From positions 14,374,138 to 14,438,137 of the forward strand of contig JARDVH010000128.1 of NCBI GenBank assembly GCA_030324005.1: a stretch of DNA of 64,000 nucleotides, in the 5' to 3' direction. Of this stretch, positions 11,710 to 24,124 are shown piece by piece; the stretch's first letter is position 1, and every line of letters begins with the position of its first letter. The position numbers and the translations under genes were made by a program. Origin of the DNA: Negaprion brevirostris (lineage: Eukaryota). Below the pieces are notes generated by a model that was not told where the DNA came from, searched no databases, and saw nothing but the letters and a program-made list of their open reading frames with translations.

Positions 11710-12482
11710 GTAAGTCTGATTCCTCTCTCCATTATCACCACCCCCCCGCCCCCCCCACCCCTCAACCCTCGCTTAGTACAATGCTTCTCACAGTCACAAA
11801 AATGTTAACAATTTAAAGAGTATTTTCAAAACATTATTATCCCCCGACATGTCGGGTTTATTGGATGTTTGGAATGGACTTTTTTATTACTTTTATAAAA
11901 CTTTTTCATTTTTCCCAACTTCTCTCTGCACTATGTTTCAAGCAATATTTATATATGTACACACACATATATAGATTTATAGTTATCTATCTACTTTGTA
12001 TAATTTTAATTTACAACTACATATCCCGGTCCAACTATACACAGTCCAGCAATGATACAGAGAAATGATTGCTATATTCTATAAATAAAGCTATTGACCC
12101 CCTGACTCTCAGTCTTGTAATTTTATGCCATCCCCAGACTTTGACATTGAAATCTTCTGACTTTTGTTCATTTTTTTTTAATACTTGTTTTTCTTTAATT
12201 GCTTTAAGCTTTTCATTCTCAAAGTAATGTAGTGATACTATGATGCAAAGACTGCCATTTCTCTTAGAAAGAGAGACAGTTGACTGCTAAAGTATTCCAA
12301 GCTCTGTGGCATGCTTCGCTGAGATACAAACGAGCCTGTATGTGCGCATTCATATGGAAAAATTCCACATGCTGCCGTCCAAATATCTAATTTTATTGGT
12401 TAAGTTTATTAGTATTTATTCATGTTGTTGAGGAACTAACTGTCCTGCCAGCCCTTTGCTTTGAAACAGACAGTTTGTATCA

Positions 12483-12902
12483 CCCTTTTCTCTGAGTCAG
12501 AAGGTTGTGTGATTCCACCATAAGCCTTGAGCTGACATTCTGGTGTGGGACTGAGGAAGTGTTGGAGATTTCATTTTTCGGATGAGACATTAAACAAACC
12601 ACCATTTGCCTGTTTTTATCCTGGTGGAAATTCACAATCTTACAACATTATTCTGAAAAAACACAGAATTCTTGCATTTTCCTGGCTGTTAGTTCAACCT
12701 CAATCAATATCACCTAAAAATGTATTGACGTCAGTCATTCATCTCATTGGTGTTAATGGGATCTCGCCATGTATTCAATGGCCATCGGGTTTGCCAACAT
12801 AAAACCAGTTACTGTCAAATTTCCAATCATTCATTAATGTTGTGAGCTTAATTGAGACATTTTTGAGTGGAATAATAAGGTGCTACATAATTGCAAGTCT
12901 TT
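12483..12902 (+). mobile_element. Deu-domain SINE (SacSINE1/AmnSINE-like), decayed
   Basis: tctgagtcagaaggttg head, Deu-domain hallmark tttcggatgagacattaaac at 12577, and L2-like tail aaggtgctacataattgcaagtct. Confidence 0.7.
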
Positions 12903-13579
12903 AATTGCTTTTTGCCAGAATTCGAAAGGTTAAAACTTTAGGTTAGGCTCTGAAACTTTTTAAAAAAGTTTGGTTTGCACTGACTGCAATGTGAAACTGC
13001 CTCCTTGAAGTGCTCTCACGCTGCTTGCCAGAATTCAATCCAGGCAACTTCACTCTCAAGTTATGCAACCTATTTTGTGTTGTTGAGAAGGGGCTTTGGT
13101 TTTTGTATCAGTACAAAACATTGCAGTATGATCAACCTGTGAGTAAAATTATACCCTCAATTATTTGGTAGTAACTTTTGTAATGTGCCAGTTCCATGCT
13201 GATTTGTGAGGAATGCTTGTTAGTAAGCAATTGATTCCTTTTGCTATATGGTTAAAATTTAATTGTACATTAACCTACAGGCTAAGTTATTTTGTTAACT
13301 CCCTTCGAAGCAGTGATAGCAGAACCTTGATTCTTTGCAAAACTGTGGGAGAGCAAATGACAGCAGCAGGGAGGGTGAGCAGGATACTCTAGAGGGCATG
13401 GGATCTATTGATAGTAGAACAAGCATCAGTTTGCTTTCACATTGATTTTGTTTGGAATTAATCCAATGCCATTTTTCTTCAAAGCACACCAGTGTTGAGT
13501 AAGACCTTGGACTTATAGTTTAATATAAAACATTTATCAGCCTCACTTAAATCTGTTNNNNNNNNNNNNNNNNNNNNNN

Positions 13580-14070
13580 GGAGACGAAGGAGATTGTTGA
13601 AGTCTCCAGCATCACCTAATATTTTGTTGTCTTGTGCGGGAGAAGAAAGCGTGCCTTTTGACTTGGAGTCACCACAACTCTTCTCCATCATTTGCTGTCA
13701 GTCATCCATTCTTCTCCTAATCTTGCTGCATTTAAAACTCTCTCTACCAGATCCTCCTTTTCACTATTTTCCTGCCAGTTCCATCTCCATCACTCACTTA
13801 ATTGCTGCACGTCCCCTCTCAGCACAACAGATGTGCAAAACATTTCAGTCTCAAATGGGCTATTTTCTTCAATGTTACCATAATCTTCGCTGACCCCTGA
13901 GGTATTGGTTCCTGATCTTGTCCTCTCTCTTCACTCTACATATGCATCTCAACATTGGCATCTCATTAATATCTGGTCTATGTTCCTCTCTTCTTGATGT
14001 TGCTCGAGTTTCTGCACTGTATAACAAGAACAGTCTCGCAATTGTAGGTTCTTCCTTTCAGTATCAGCTG
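13580..14070 (+). mobile_element. Highly decayed L2-like RT fragment
   Basis: Pyrimidine-rich + strand with a remnant of the GVPQGSVLGPLLFSLY block at ~13890-13945. Confidence 0.35.
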
Positions 14071-15019
14071 TAATTTTCTGTCATACAACACTCCATTATA
14101 CTTCCTTCAATTACTCCAACCAAAGCTAATCTGTTGCTTAATTTCTATTCCCCTACTTCCAATGTTCTGCAACTATTGACGCCAATTACTCAAAACGACT
14201 CTTTTTCCACAGGTCTTCCCAATCTTTCTCCCCAGGGTCAAACTAAGGGTTTATGTATTACGGTCTCAGTTTAACACCTCCTCCAACAGTGCTGAACTGC
14301 CTCANNNNNNNNNNGCCTCAATATTAAATGCCAGCTTGAATCATATACTGAAATTCATTAGAATGAGAAGTGCTCCTTGATAAATCAACTCATGCCTTGG
14401 GCGTCAGGTAATTTCTTGGACAGTGCAAAACAATCCAGAGATGTAGCATTTTTTCTGGCTTCATTTTGAGATAGCAATTTGTTACATTAAGGTAGATGAT
14501 ATTTAAGCTGATTTGTTGTTATTTACATTACTTGTAATAATTTTCCAATTAATAAAATGTGAGTTTCTTATAAATTAGTTTCCACCACCATATTCTTTTC
14601 ATTAGTAAAGTTAAACTGAATTAGTCTAATGAAATTAAGCGAGTTTCCAGAATTCATAGTCCTGAGTGTTTTATCTGGAGAAACCTTGTCTGTTGGAGCA
14701 GAAACAGAAAATGCTGGAAAAACTCAACAGATCTGGCAGCATTTGAAGGGAGTTTTTCCAGCATTCTCTTTCTTGTTCAGATTCCAGCACATTATTATGC
14801 TTATTCTTGTCTATTGGAGCTTCCAAATCTCAGAACATGTAAACAAGGACTTCAATTTATATTAACATCTTAACACATCTCTTGGAAGCATCTTGAAGCA
14901 CTTCACATACAATCAGTCTCTTTTTGAAGTATAGTGATTGTCATGTTAGCAAATATGGCTGCAGTTTTATTCTCAAAAAAGCATCATTGTTGTAGGGGTA
15001 AAGTACCTTGTGGGCACTG

Positions 15020-15126
15020 GAAAACAAATATGAACAGAAAATGCTGGAAATCCTCAGCAGGCCAGGTGGCAGCCGTGGAAAGAGAAACTGAGTTGATGTT
15101 TCAGATTGATAACCTTTCCTCAGAAT
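15020..15126 (-). mobile_element. Penelope-like terminal remnant containing a hammerhead-like core
   Basis: aacagaaaatgctggaaa family terminus. Minus strand reads CTGAGGA-A-AGGTT-ATC-AATCT-GAAAC. Confidence 0.65.
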
Positions 15127-15158
15127 GTCCAAGACATTATCATGTCTTCCCTGGTGCA

Positions 15159-15343
15159 TACAGTAAGAAGTCTCACAACACCAGGTTCGAGTCCAACCAG
15201 TTTATTTGATAGTAAGTCCACAAACTTTCGGGGTTTGCCCCTTTGTCAGATGAATCCACCTGACTGACTGGTTGGACTCTAACCTGGTGTTGTGAGACTT
15301 GGTACTGTGTTTACCCCAGTCCAATGCTGGCATCTCCACATCA
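15159..15343. mobile_element. Palindromic non-autonomous Penelope-like element (second family) with degenerate hammerhead and target-site duplication
   Basis: 34-bp inverted arms 15168-15201 and 15267-15300 with 1 mismatch. Flanking direct repeat ttccctggtgca (15147-15158) / ttctctagtgca (15344-15355). Confidence 0.75.
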
Positions 15344-16384
15344 TTCTCTAGTGCAGTCAGGCTTGAATCACACATTCTTCTTTAAATTTGGAACTCGTTC
15401 AAGCAGATTATAGACCAATGTGGCACATTGTTAGATGATTTGCAATAATAATTTGAATATGATCTTCATTAAGTCTGAAATGTTGGTTAATCCATGTAAC
15501 CTATTCACATCTCAACTGTGTCTTTGGTCAGCTGAGATTTTTTTCCCCGGAACATGTGCAGATGGTAACACTGTTAATTGCCCTTCTGTGGGACACATAT
15601 GGGACCATCCTCGCTATTTACTTTCATTATTGGTTTTGTAAAATACGTAAAGGCAATGCTGCAGCTTTCTTGATTTAATGTGCTCCATGTACAGAGTATC
15701 TACATAACAGACTGGAAAATTCCACTTGCCAACGAATGGAGGATGATGTGGTAAATTGACCAACCCAAGCTATTTGCCACATTATAAATGACATCTACAT
15801 TTTTGTCAATCAATCTCCAGTTCCTAATTGCTTCTCTGTGTGTAGTTCTTCCCTTTCCACTTTGGCCAATTTTCCTTTAGTCTGGGTCCAAGTATTGGAA
15901 TTACAATGTTAATTTTTAAAAGGGGATTTTTGGTTTAACAAACAAGGTCTCTGCTGCTGACGTGAGATTACGCAGAAACCCCTTTTCGTCTTTCCAATGA
16001 GAAGCATAAAGGTAAACATTACTTTGGGAAGGATGTGGTGGGAATATGTTCAATAGATGGTATTCCAATGTGTCTAACAAAGTTTAGTTAGGAAATTCTT
16101 TAGTCATCATTTTTTGCAGGAAATCACCACTTTCATTGCTGTCTGGCAGGATAGAGTAGGACAGGCAATATAGAGTCTCAACTGCCTAGATGGTACCCAA
16201 CTTCAGTATATTGCTTAGTGAGCTTGTCCTAATGAGAGCATGGATGTTAATGTGAGTGCTGCTTTCACAATGGAGCTGATCACTCATGGACGTACTGTGG
16301 AAATCAACATCGCTTCTGTCCCTTGAATGGAAACCTGATGAGTGACAAGTTTGAATAATAGAGAGCTTGTGCCAATCAAAAAAT

Positions 16385-16800
16385 ATTAAACAGGCTGGGA
16401 GCTCTTTTCTCTTAAAAGGGAAGATTGAGGGGAAGACATGATGGAGGTCTTTAAGATTATAAAGGGATTTAATAGGGTAGATGCATACAAGTCATTTTTA
16501 CTTTCAGTGAGGTCAGAGTCAGAAATATAAAATGTCCACCAATAAATCCAGTAAGGAATTGAGGAGAAATGTCTTTGCCCAGAGAGTGGTTTGGATGTGG
16601 AACTTGCTGCCGCAGTGGGTAGTTGAGGTGAATAATGTGGATGCATTCATGAGGAAGCTGGGTAAAAACAAGGGGGAAAGGCAAGGAAGGATAAGCTGAT
16701 GAGGAGGTTCAATGAAGAAGGATGGAAGGAAGCTCATCCGGAGCTTAAGCAGCAGCAGAGAACATGTAGCTCACTAGACTGCTTCTATGCCAAATACTTT
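16385..16800 (+). mobile_element. CR1 LINE 3' fragment
   Basis: LFSLKREDRGDMMEVFKIIKG-like coding remnant and gaggagaaatgtctttgcccagagagtggtt...tggaac. Confidence 0.8.
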
Positions 16801-17595
16801 GTGATATTCTGATAAGTTCATAAAGTTGCAGCACATCATTCCTGCGCTGGTGCATACTCCTCAAATTAAGTTGTTCACTTTAGATCCATTTCCATACGCA
16901 TTTCTACATATCCTTTTACTTCCTTCTTTTCATTTCTTACTGCATGAGGATGAGCGACTTGTACAGGAACGCTGCCCATTGTCCACTCACCCAAATTGAG
17001 CAAACGAAATGCAAGAACCAACCATCCATTTTGCAATGTTCAACTGCCAGCATCTCTTGAAGTCCAGATATAAGTGAACAACGGTTACAGGGTTGTCAAG
17101 GCACAGGGCTTCTAAAACCTGGCCCACTGCACAAAACTGATCAAGAGAACATTACTGCTAGCTGCAGACTCCAGAGTCACAGTTGCACAAATATTTCTAC
17201 TTAGGCCAGTGTTAATGAATCACCCAGTAGGATGTGCTTTGTAGTACCATTTGCAGAAACCTAAATAATCCTAACAGCAGTGTGCATTGAAATTCGATAT
17301 GAGATTATTTCAATTAAAAAATGCAACTTTTGCTCCAGTGTATGGACTAAATAAGATCTTTAAACTTTGAGACTGCAACATTTACGATTATTCCTTAAGT
17401 AGGAGCATTGATTGACATGTTTAGATTTACTTTGGTTCCCAATTTACACAAATGAACTCATAAACTGTGATGTCTGTAACTCCTAATTACACACTTGCTA
17501 ACTGATAATCGCTCTGATAAAGATCAGAATGGAAGAGACTTGTCATTTGGAGCTTATTTCATCACATCAATTAACCTTTGCGCTTTACTTAACAG

Positions 17596-17637
17596 ACGCA
17601 ATCATCCCCTTTGTCTTTCCTCCAGAATGACCACTGA
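17596..17637 (+). CDS. Candidate alternative terminal exon with two in-frame acceptors (TQSSPLSFLQNDH* or NDH*)
   Basis: Acceptors ctttacttaacAG (17595) and cccctttgtctttcctccAG (17625) are 30 nt apart in the same frame. TGA at 17635-17637. Confidence 0.25.
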   Translation, partial: TQSSPLSFLQNDH

Positions 17638-18419
17638 ACTGGAGTCTGCCTTGACTATTTTATGACCTTGGGAGTAATTGAAAACTCATTATATGGCAAT
17701 TATTTTCATGAGGATGAAAATTATCTTGCAATGTCATCATCAGCGTCTGGCAGCTTGTTTGATAGGTGCTGTGGGAGTCTATTGATGAGGTTAATAAAGA
17801 CCTAGGCATATCTAGGGATTGGGCCTGGCTTTAGATATATATGTTAAAGTCTTATTGCTGACGTTTCTGGATTACTTATTAATCTGGGTCAAAAAGGTAC
17901 CAGTAGTTTAGTGATAATGAAGGTAGGTATTTGCAAGCTATTTTTGGTTAGACAATGAGAATAAGCTAAAGTCTCATGAGCATTCTTTAGCACTTGAAGG
18001 ACTGTAGCTAGATCTAAGCTCTGGAGGTAACAGATTGTTGAATTTAATCCTTATAGTCACAAAGTGTAAACTCTATTCTTTCTCTGCACATTTCTGTAAT
18101 ATTTATGACGACCTTTCCAGGACAGAAAATGCTTCAAACATAAGGCAGATCAGTCAGCAGATGTGGAGAGAGCAAACAAATCAGGTGAACGTCCTTCAGA
18201 TCTGAAACATCAGATGGGGATGGCTATATTAATAATAATTAACCCCCTCCCATTTCTCCATCAGGTAATCCCAGTGAGCAATGATGAGTGGAATAATGTC
18301 ACAGATCACATTTACAATCAACAGCGGTGTAAAGAAAAGGGGACATCTAATCTGAATGGGGCACACGATGAATGGTGATTGTAATGTACTAAATTAGAAG
18401 TTGTCTCATATTATTTTTT

Positions 18420-18700
18420 AGTTCTATTGAGGAATCCCAAAACTCGACCACGAATATAAGGTAGTCACAAATATGTGCAAATATGAACTTAGGTGCAACA
18501 TTTTTATGCAGAGTGAGATGAGAATGTGGAACTCAATACACTGATTGGAAATGAGAGGGATGCTTTTGAGCGGCAGTTCGGTAAACACATGAGGGAGAAA
18601 GGAATAGAGAGACCTCTTGATGGAATGAGATGAAATAAGGTAGAAGGGGGTTCTTACAAAGCATAACCACTGGCGTAGACTTGATGGACCAGTGTCTGTA
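18420..18700 (+). mobile_element. Decayed CR1 3' fragment
   Basis: agagtgagatgagaatgtggaactc and downstream tail resemble other CR1 3' ends in the window. Confidence 0.55.
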
Positions 18701-18979
18701 CTATTAACATTAACTTGTTTGTTCTCTCCGTATATGTTGACAGACCCGCTTTGAAATTTCAGCATCTTTTTTTCCTTTTGCAGCATTTTTTCTTCTTACT
18801 TCCTTCGGGGAATTGTGTTGTCCTTTTGAATTTGTTTGCTCAGTCTCTCACACTGAGTCAGAGGTGCTGCAAACATACTTGATGGGTTTTATTTGTAGGA
18901 GGTTTCCGTGGAGGGGCTACAGAGGCCCAACTGTTACTCTACCCCACTGAAATGAAAAACTATGGTTTATCAGAGATGA

Positions 18980-19310
18980 ATAGAATCTTACAGTGCAGAA
19001 GGAGGCCNNNNNNNNNNNNNNNNNNNNNNNNNNNNNNNNNNNNNNNNNNNNNNNNNNNNNNNNNNNNNNNNNNNNNNNNNNNNNNNNNNNNNNNNNNNNN
19101 NNNNNNNTATTGAATGGCGGGGCAGGCTCGAAGGGCTAGATGGCCTACTCCTGCTCCTAGTTCTTATGTTCTTATGTTCTTATGCATTGACCCGAACAGG
19201 TGCCAGAGTGTGGCAACTAGGGGAATTTCACAATAACTTCATTGCAGTGTTAATGTAAGCCTTACCTATGACATTAATAAATAAACTTTAACTTCAAACT
19301 TTAACTTTAA
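18980..19310. mobile_element. SINE/LINE tail cluster around an N-gap (HE1 tail on -, CR1 tail on +, alternative SINE tail on +)
   Basis: tagaatcttacagtgcagaaggaggcc; ttcttatg repeats; ggcaactaggggaatttcacaataacttcattgcagtg...aataaataaactttaa matching 33248-33335. Confidence 0.75.
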
Positions 19311-19314
19311 AAAA

Positions 19315-19740
19315 ATTCCAATCTCTTTGCAATAAAAGCCAAAATGCCCTTTGCCTTCTTAACTATTTTTTGGTCCTGCTTGTTAGCTTTTTGTGATTCA
19401 TGAACCAGAACACCTAGATCCCTTTGTACTTCACTCACCCGCAATGTCTTTCCATTTAGATAATCTGCCTTTGATTCAACCCACCAAAATGCATGGCCTT
19501 ACACGTCCCCACATTAAACTCCTTTTGCCAGATTCTCACCCAGTCACCCAATCTATCTGTGTCCCATTACAGGATCACAATATCCTCATCACAACCTGCC
19601 CTTCCACCTATTTTTGTATCATCAACAATTTTGGAACCCTTACATTCTGTTCCTTCCTTCAGGTTATTAATGTAAATAGTGAACAATTACGAGCGAAGGA
19701 CTGATCGTTGCAGTACTCCACTAGTTACATCTTTCCACCC
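19315..19740 (-). mobile_element. CR1 LINE RT fragment
   Basis: Reverse complement matches the CR1 RT region (gcaataaaagccaaaatgccctttgcc; DDTKIGG-like motif at ~19600-19625). Confidence 0.8.
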
Positions 19741-19904
19741 TGAAAATCACACCTGATAATACATCAGCAGGGGTGGAGAATGTTCCTGATTTGGGAGTAT
19801 ATTATCCATCCCAAAAAGCAACTATAGGGGGCTGGGAGGAGAAACAAAGTAGGAAGAAAGAGCAAATGCCAGAATGGCAATGAAAATAAATTATTCATAA
19901 AGTC

Positions 19905-20095
19905 CCAGAGGACTGGTGAGTAGGTAATATTGCTTCTTTGTACAAGAAAGGAAATGGGGATAATTCAGGAAATTATAGATCCTTGAGTCTCACTTTGGTA
20001 GTTGGGAAGCTATTGGAGAGGATTCTTAGGTTTAGCATTTACATGCATTTGGAAAAGCATGGCCAAATTAGGGAAAGTCAGCATAGCTTTGTGTG
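19905..20095 (+). mobile_element. CR1 LINE fragment (RT start)
   Basis: YKKGNGDNSGNYRSLSLTLVVGKLLERIL..LEKHGQIRESQHSFV. Confidence 0.9.
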
Positions 20096-20101
20096 GGCTG
20101 T

Positions 20102-20415
20102 TCATAGAATCCTACAGTGCAGAAAGAGGCCATTTGGCCAATCAAGTCTGCACCAACCACAATCCCACCCAGGTCCTGTCCCCACAACCCCATGCATTTA
20201 CCCTAGCTAGTCCCCCGACACTAAGGGGCAATTTAGCATGGCCAATCCACCCAACTCGCAGATCTTCGGACTGTGGGAGGAAACCAGAGCACCCCGAGGA
20301 AACCCACAGACACATGGAAAGAATGTGCAAACTCCACATAGACAGTGACCCAAACCGGGAATCAAACCCAGGTTCCTGATGCCGTGGGGCAACAGTGCTA
20401 AGCACTGTACCACCC
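20102..20415 (-). mobile_element. HE1-type SINE, near full length
   Basis: Reverse complement of the HE1 head, core and tail. Confidence 0.92.
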
Positions 20416-20800
20416 CAAATGACATTCTATACTGAGAAAACAAGTAAATAAAGCAGGTAATCTGTAGGATTTAAACTAAGGTGCTTGTCAAAAAGTGGGC
20501 ACGTTTAGATTAGATGTTAGAACCTATTTCAGTACAGTCAGTGCAAATCAGGAATATGGCCCAAATACATCCTGTTCTCCTAAGAATGTTAGGTTAAAAT
20601 CAGGATTTGTATCTCTCATATACATTTCAGTCCTGTCATTTGTAGTTACTTCATCAATCTCTGTGGTTGGTTAGGAATGCAATATTTGTCATTCCTGTAA
20701 TAAAAGCAGGTTTGGTTTAACGCATGTTTTTACTGCAGTCAAAATGAAGTTAAATGCTCCACCCTTGAGATCACCTCATTCCCTGAACGCCTTCTCCAGG

Positions 20801-21164
20801 TAGGGTTGCACTTCTGGCTTTCCTTTGAGTCTCCAGGAGTTGAAAGTTAATCTTCGAGTTACTTCTGCAAATAGTCTATGGTAAAACCTTGGTGGCACTT
20901 CTTAAAAAAATGATTATTTTTCATTTTTCTTGATCACCTGTTTAAAAATATGAAATGAAGAGAAAAGACTGTTGAATCGCGAGCCAGTCAGTTGACAGAA
21001 AATCTGTTCAATTCCAATTGGTGCGGAAAGACAGGACACCATTCGGGTGGGCTGGCCAGGGAACAGGAGAGAATTCAGGGTGAGAGCCTGGGGATGGTGG
21101 CTGAAGATGGGAGATCATCTTGATGGAACCTGTAAGAATAGATCAGACCAGTGTTGGCAACCCA
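20801..21164. mobile_element. Possible non-autonomous DNA transposon (TAGGGTTGCCA-type TIR)
   Basis: tagggttgca at the left end and ttggcaaccca at the right. Confidence 0.45.
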
Positions 21165-22489
21165 GCCCCACCCAATTGATTTGCCCTGGGTCTCTGGGAC
21201 CTGTCATTTCAATAGAATATGACATGTTGGAACTATGACAGCTCTCGTGGAATGGGCTAAACTCAAGGCAGGAATTTTACACTGTTCTCTTGCTAGATGT
21301 TGTTCATACTGGCTTAACAGCTAAATTCTAAATTCCCTTTATCTTCCAACTGATTTTTAATAATTCTTATCGTTAAATCTTTAACAGGTCTATTTTTTTT
21401 TCCTAATTTCTTTGACCACTTGCAATGAGTTCCAGCAAAAACACAATCTTTACTTTCACAGATGTAACCTTTACAGTACATTAAAGTCACTTGTGCTCAT
21501 TTTGGTCATGTATTGTTGAATATGGTGACCCATGCTAGACTGTTAAGAGAGGCAAAAATTTGTTATGAGATATCTCACTGTTAACTATTTCCCAAACACT
21601 CTTAGGCATATTTTGTCCCTTTAACCTACATGCTTATGAGACAGCTTTGAATGAATAATTTAATCGATTAGCAAAGCTTTGATTTTGCTTCTCTGAGTTC
21701 AAAGTTTTCTAAAGCAAGGTCATTACCCATTACCAGTCTCTGTGCCACTTCCCCCTCCCTGATCCAGCTTATGCTCTGCAAAAGTTGAAATGGAAAATAG
21801 ATAAAAGCTTTGAATCTTTTAGAGTAGAACAGAAACCAAAGCCTGGAAGGAAAAAAAAAGAAACTAACTACAGCTTTGTATGACTGTTCCTGTAGTTATA
21901 ATTGTGACTAGATGCAAATCAGCTCACAAACAATCTACAGGGCCCGAGACAAATCCATTCAATTTTGACATTTGTGACAAGACCAAACTTCCTTATTTGG
22001 AAGTTGTGAAGATTTTTGGGCAGCAACAAATGTTTCTCTAGTACTCTGTGCAAAGCATTATTCCTGTAAGGGAGACCTCTCTCTCTTGATGTTTACAGGC
22101 CCAAGTGTGATCTCATGTGCACAATGTCTCAATACTGTTGTTTGCCTCCAGGAAGTGTCACAAAAATGTCATGCTTTGATCATTTTTAGAAAATAGAAGT
22201 GTAGTTGTTCTGGTAGAAAGTGTGGTTTAGGATAAGATCTACAAATCAGTTTAATAAAAGGTGAACGTTAAATAGCAGCAAAGGATTTCACAACAAATTC
22301 CACACTGTAACATTTACCCCACTTAGATTACAATTCCTCAGTTCATAAAAAATAAAAGTAATCACACTTCATTTGCTCTTTCATACCATGGGACTTGGAG
22401 CATTAGCTGCAGCTTGGAACTTGTAGATGAGAATGAGTCCATTCCACTGAAACCTTCATCTGTTGACTTCCATATTGGTGGAACTGCTG

Positions 22490-22810
22490 AACTGGCCAAG
22501 TGCTGAAACACATTTCCCTTTGTGCCAGAGGCATACTGTGGGATATCCTCAGCGATGAGAACCAGATGGCGGAAGTTCAGGTTCCTGAACTGATTTCTGA
22601 ACTGATTTTCAAGCCGTTGGTAGTGGAAGTGGAACTTTCTCCCACAAAATGTAGCAGGTGCTGCTTCAGCTAATGCCCTAAAATCTGAGATTAATGGATT
22701 TATGCTTGACAAGTGTATTCAGGAATATGGAGCCACAACACGTTTATTGGCATTAGGGGGAAAAAAAAAATCAGTTATGATCTTATTGAATGGCGGCATA
22801 GGCTCAGGGG
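22490..22810 (+). mobile_element. Decayed CR1 3' fragment
   Basis: agaaccag...gtggaactttctcccacaaaatgtag and tail atcagttatgatcttattgaatggcgg. Confidence 0.6.
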
Positions 22811-23142
22811 GTCAGTAACGATGTTGTGTATCTGTGCCATCCAGAGCTATTTTGTCATATAGTAGGCTTGGGGTCACAATGCAAACTCAAAACAGTTAAG
22901 TAATTCTCCAGCTGCTCGGACCAACAGTCCCTGCGGGTGGCGAGGGGGTGGCTTCAATGGGAGTTCCCGTTGACAGTGGCAGGACCAGAAGATCCCACCA
23001 CTAGCAAATTGCATGCTGCTGAGAAAAATGCTGAGAGGAGCCCAGACCATCTTGCCCATCATTTCTAATAAAAGTCAATCCACTTCCACTTGCATGCCCA
23101 ATCACAAAACCAAGAAAGGTAATGGCAATTCATTACATTTGG

Positions 23143-23460
23143 GGCAGCAGGTTGGCAAAGTGGTTAGCACTGCTGCCTCACAGCGCGCAGGGACCCGTGT
23201 TCAATTCCCGGCTTGGGCCAATTCCTGTGCAAAGTCTGCACATTCTCCCCGTGTCTGCATGGGTTTCCTCCAGTTTCCTCCCATAATCCAAGGATATGCG
23301 GGTTAGGTGGATTGGCCATGTTAAATTGTCCCTTAGTGTCAGAGAGACTAGCTAGGTAAATGCATGGTGTTTTGGGGATAGGTCCTGGGTGGGATTACGA
23401 TTGGTGCAGACTCGATGGGTTGAATGGCCTCCACCAGCACTGTAGGATTCTATGATTCTA
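23143..23460 (+). mobile_element. HE1-type SINE
   Basis: gtggttagcactgctgcctcacagc head and gattctatgattcta tail. Confidence 0.92.
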
Positions 23461-24124
23461 TCTGACAAAAGTACTACAAAGCATCCTGGTTAATTAGGTT
23501 GACTACACATTCCAAAATCCAACACATGGCAATTCTGGGCAAAACCACCCAGTGCAAGCCCAGGTGTTTGGGAGAATCTGAGACTTAAAGCAACAACAAA
23601 TGAAAGCACTGAAGTACGTGAAAACAATTTAATCAAGTTATCAACGTTATTGTGAAAACATGTAGTTGTTTTGAATGTTTAAGTCTTGTTTAAACCATTA
23701 TTTTGTGTAGTAGACATTTCTGTTATTGAGACAATTGTTGTTGAAAATGGAAAAAAAATCATAGAACTTGATGGCTACATTGGACATGTGCGATGTCATA
23801 TACTTGATTGTGAATTAGCAGCTATTCAGTGTCAAATAATCTGAGCAAATCGTAAATATGGAGAATATCTGTTATAGCACCACCAGCAGGAATAGTAGTT
23901 GCAGGTAGTACAGCTCACAATAAGTATTCAGTAAAACCTGCTCCTCGTGTTTTAAATTTAATGTTATTTAAATTTTCAGGACAAATTAATTTTGAGGCTG
24001 ACTCATTATTTCCAGCAGCATTCCCAGAAGTGAAAGTTCAGAACGTTGGCCCAGTGCAGTATCCAATTTCCCAGTTTCTACTTTAAAGATGGTTGGGAAA
24101 TTAAAAAGAAGACCCTATCACGTG

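Noticed and set aside
22362-22712. 116-aa minus-strand ORF
   Set aside because: Over half is antisense to a decayed CR1 3' end. No convincing splice sites or recognisable domain.
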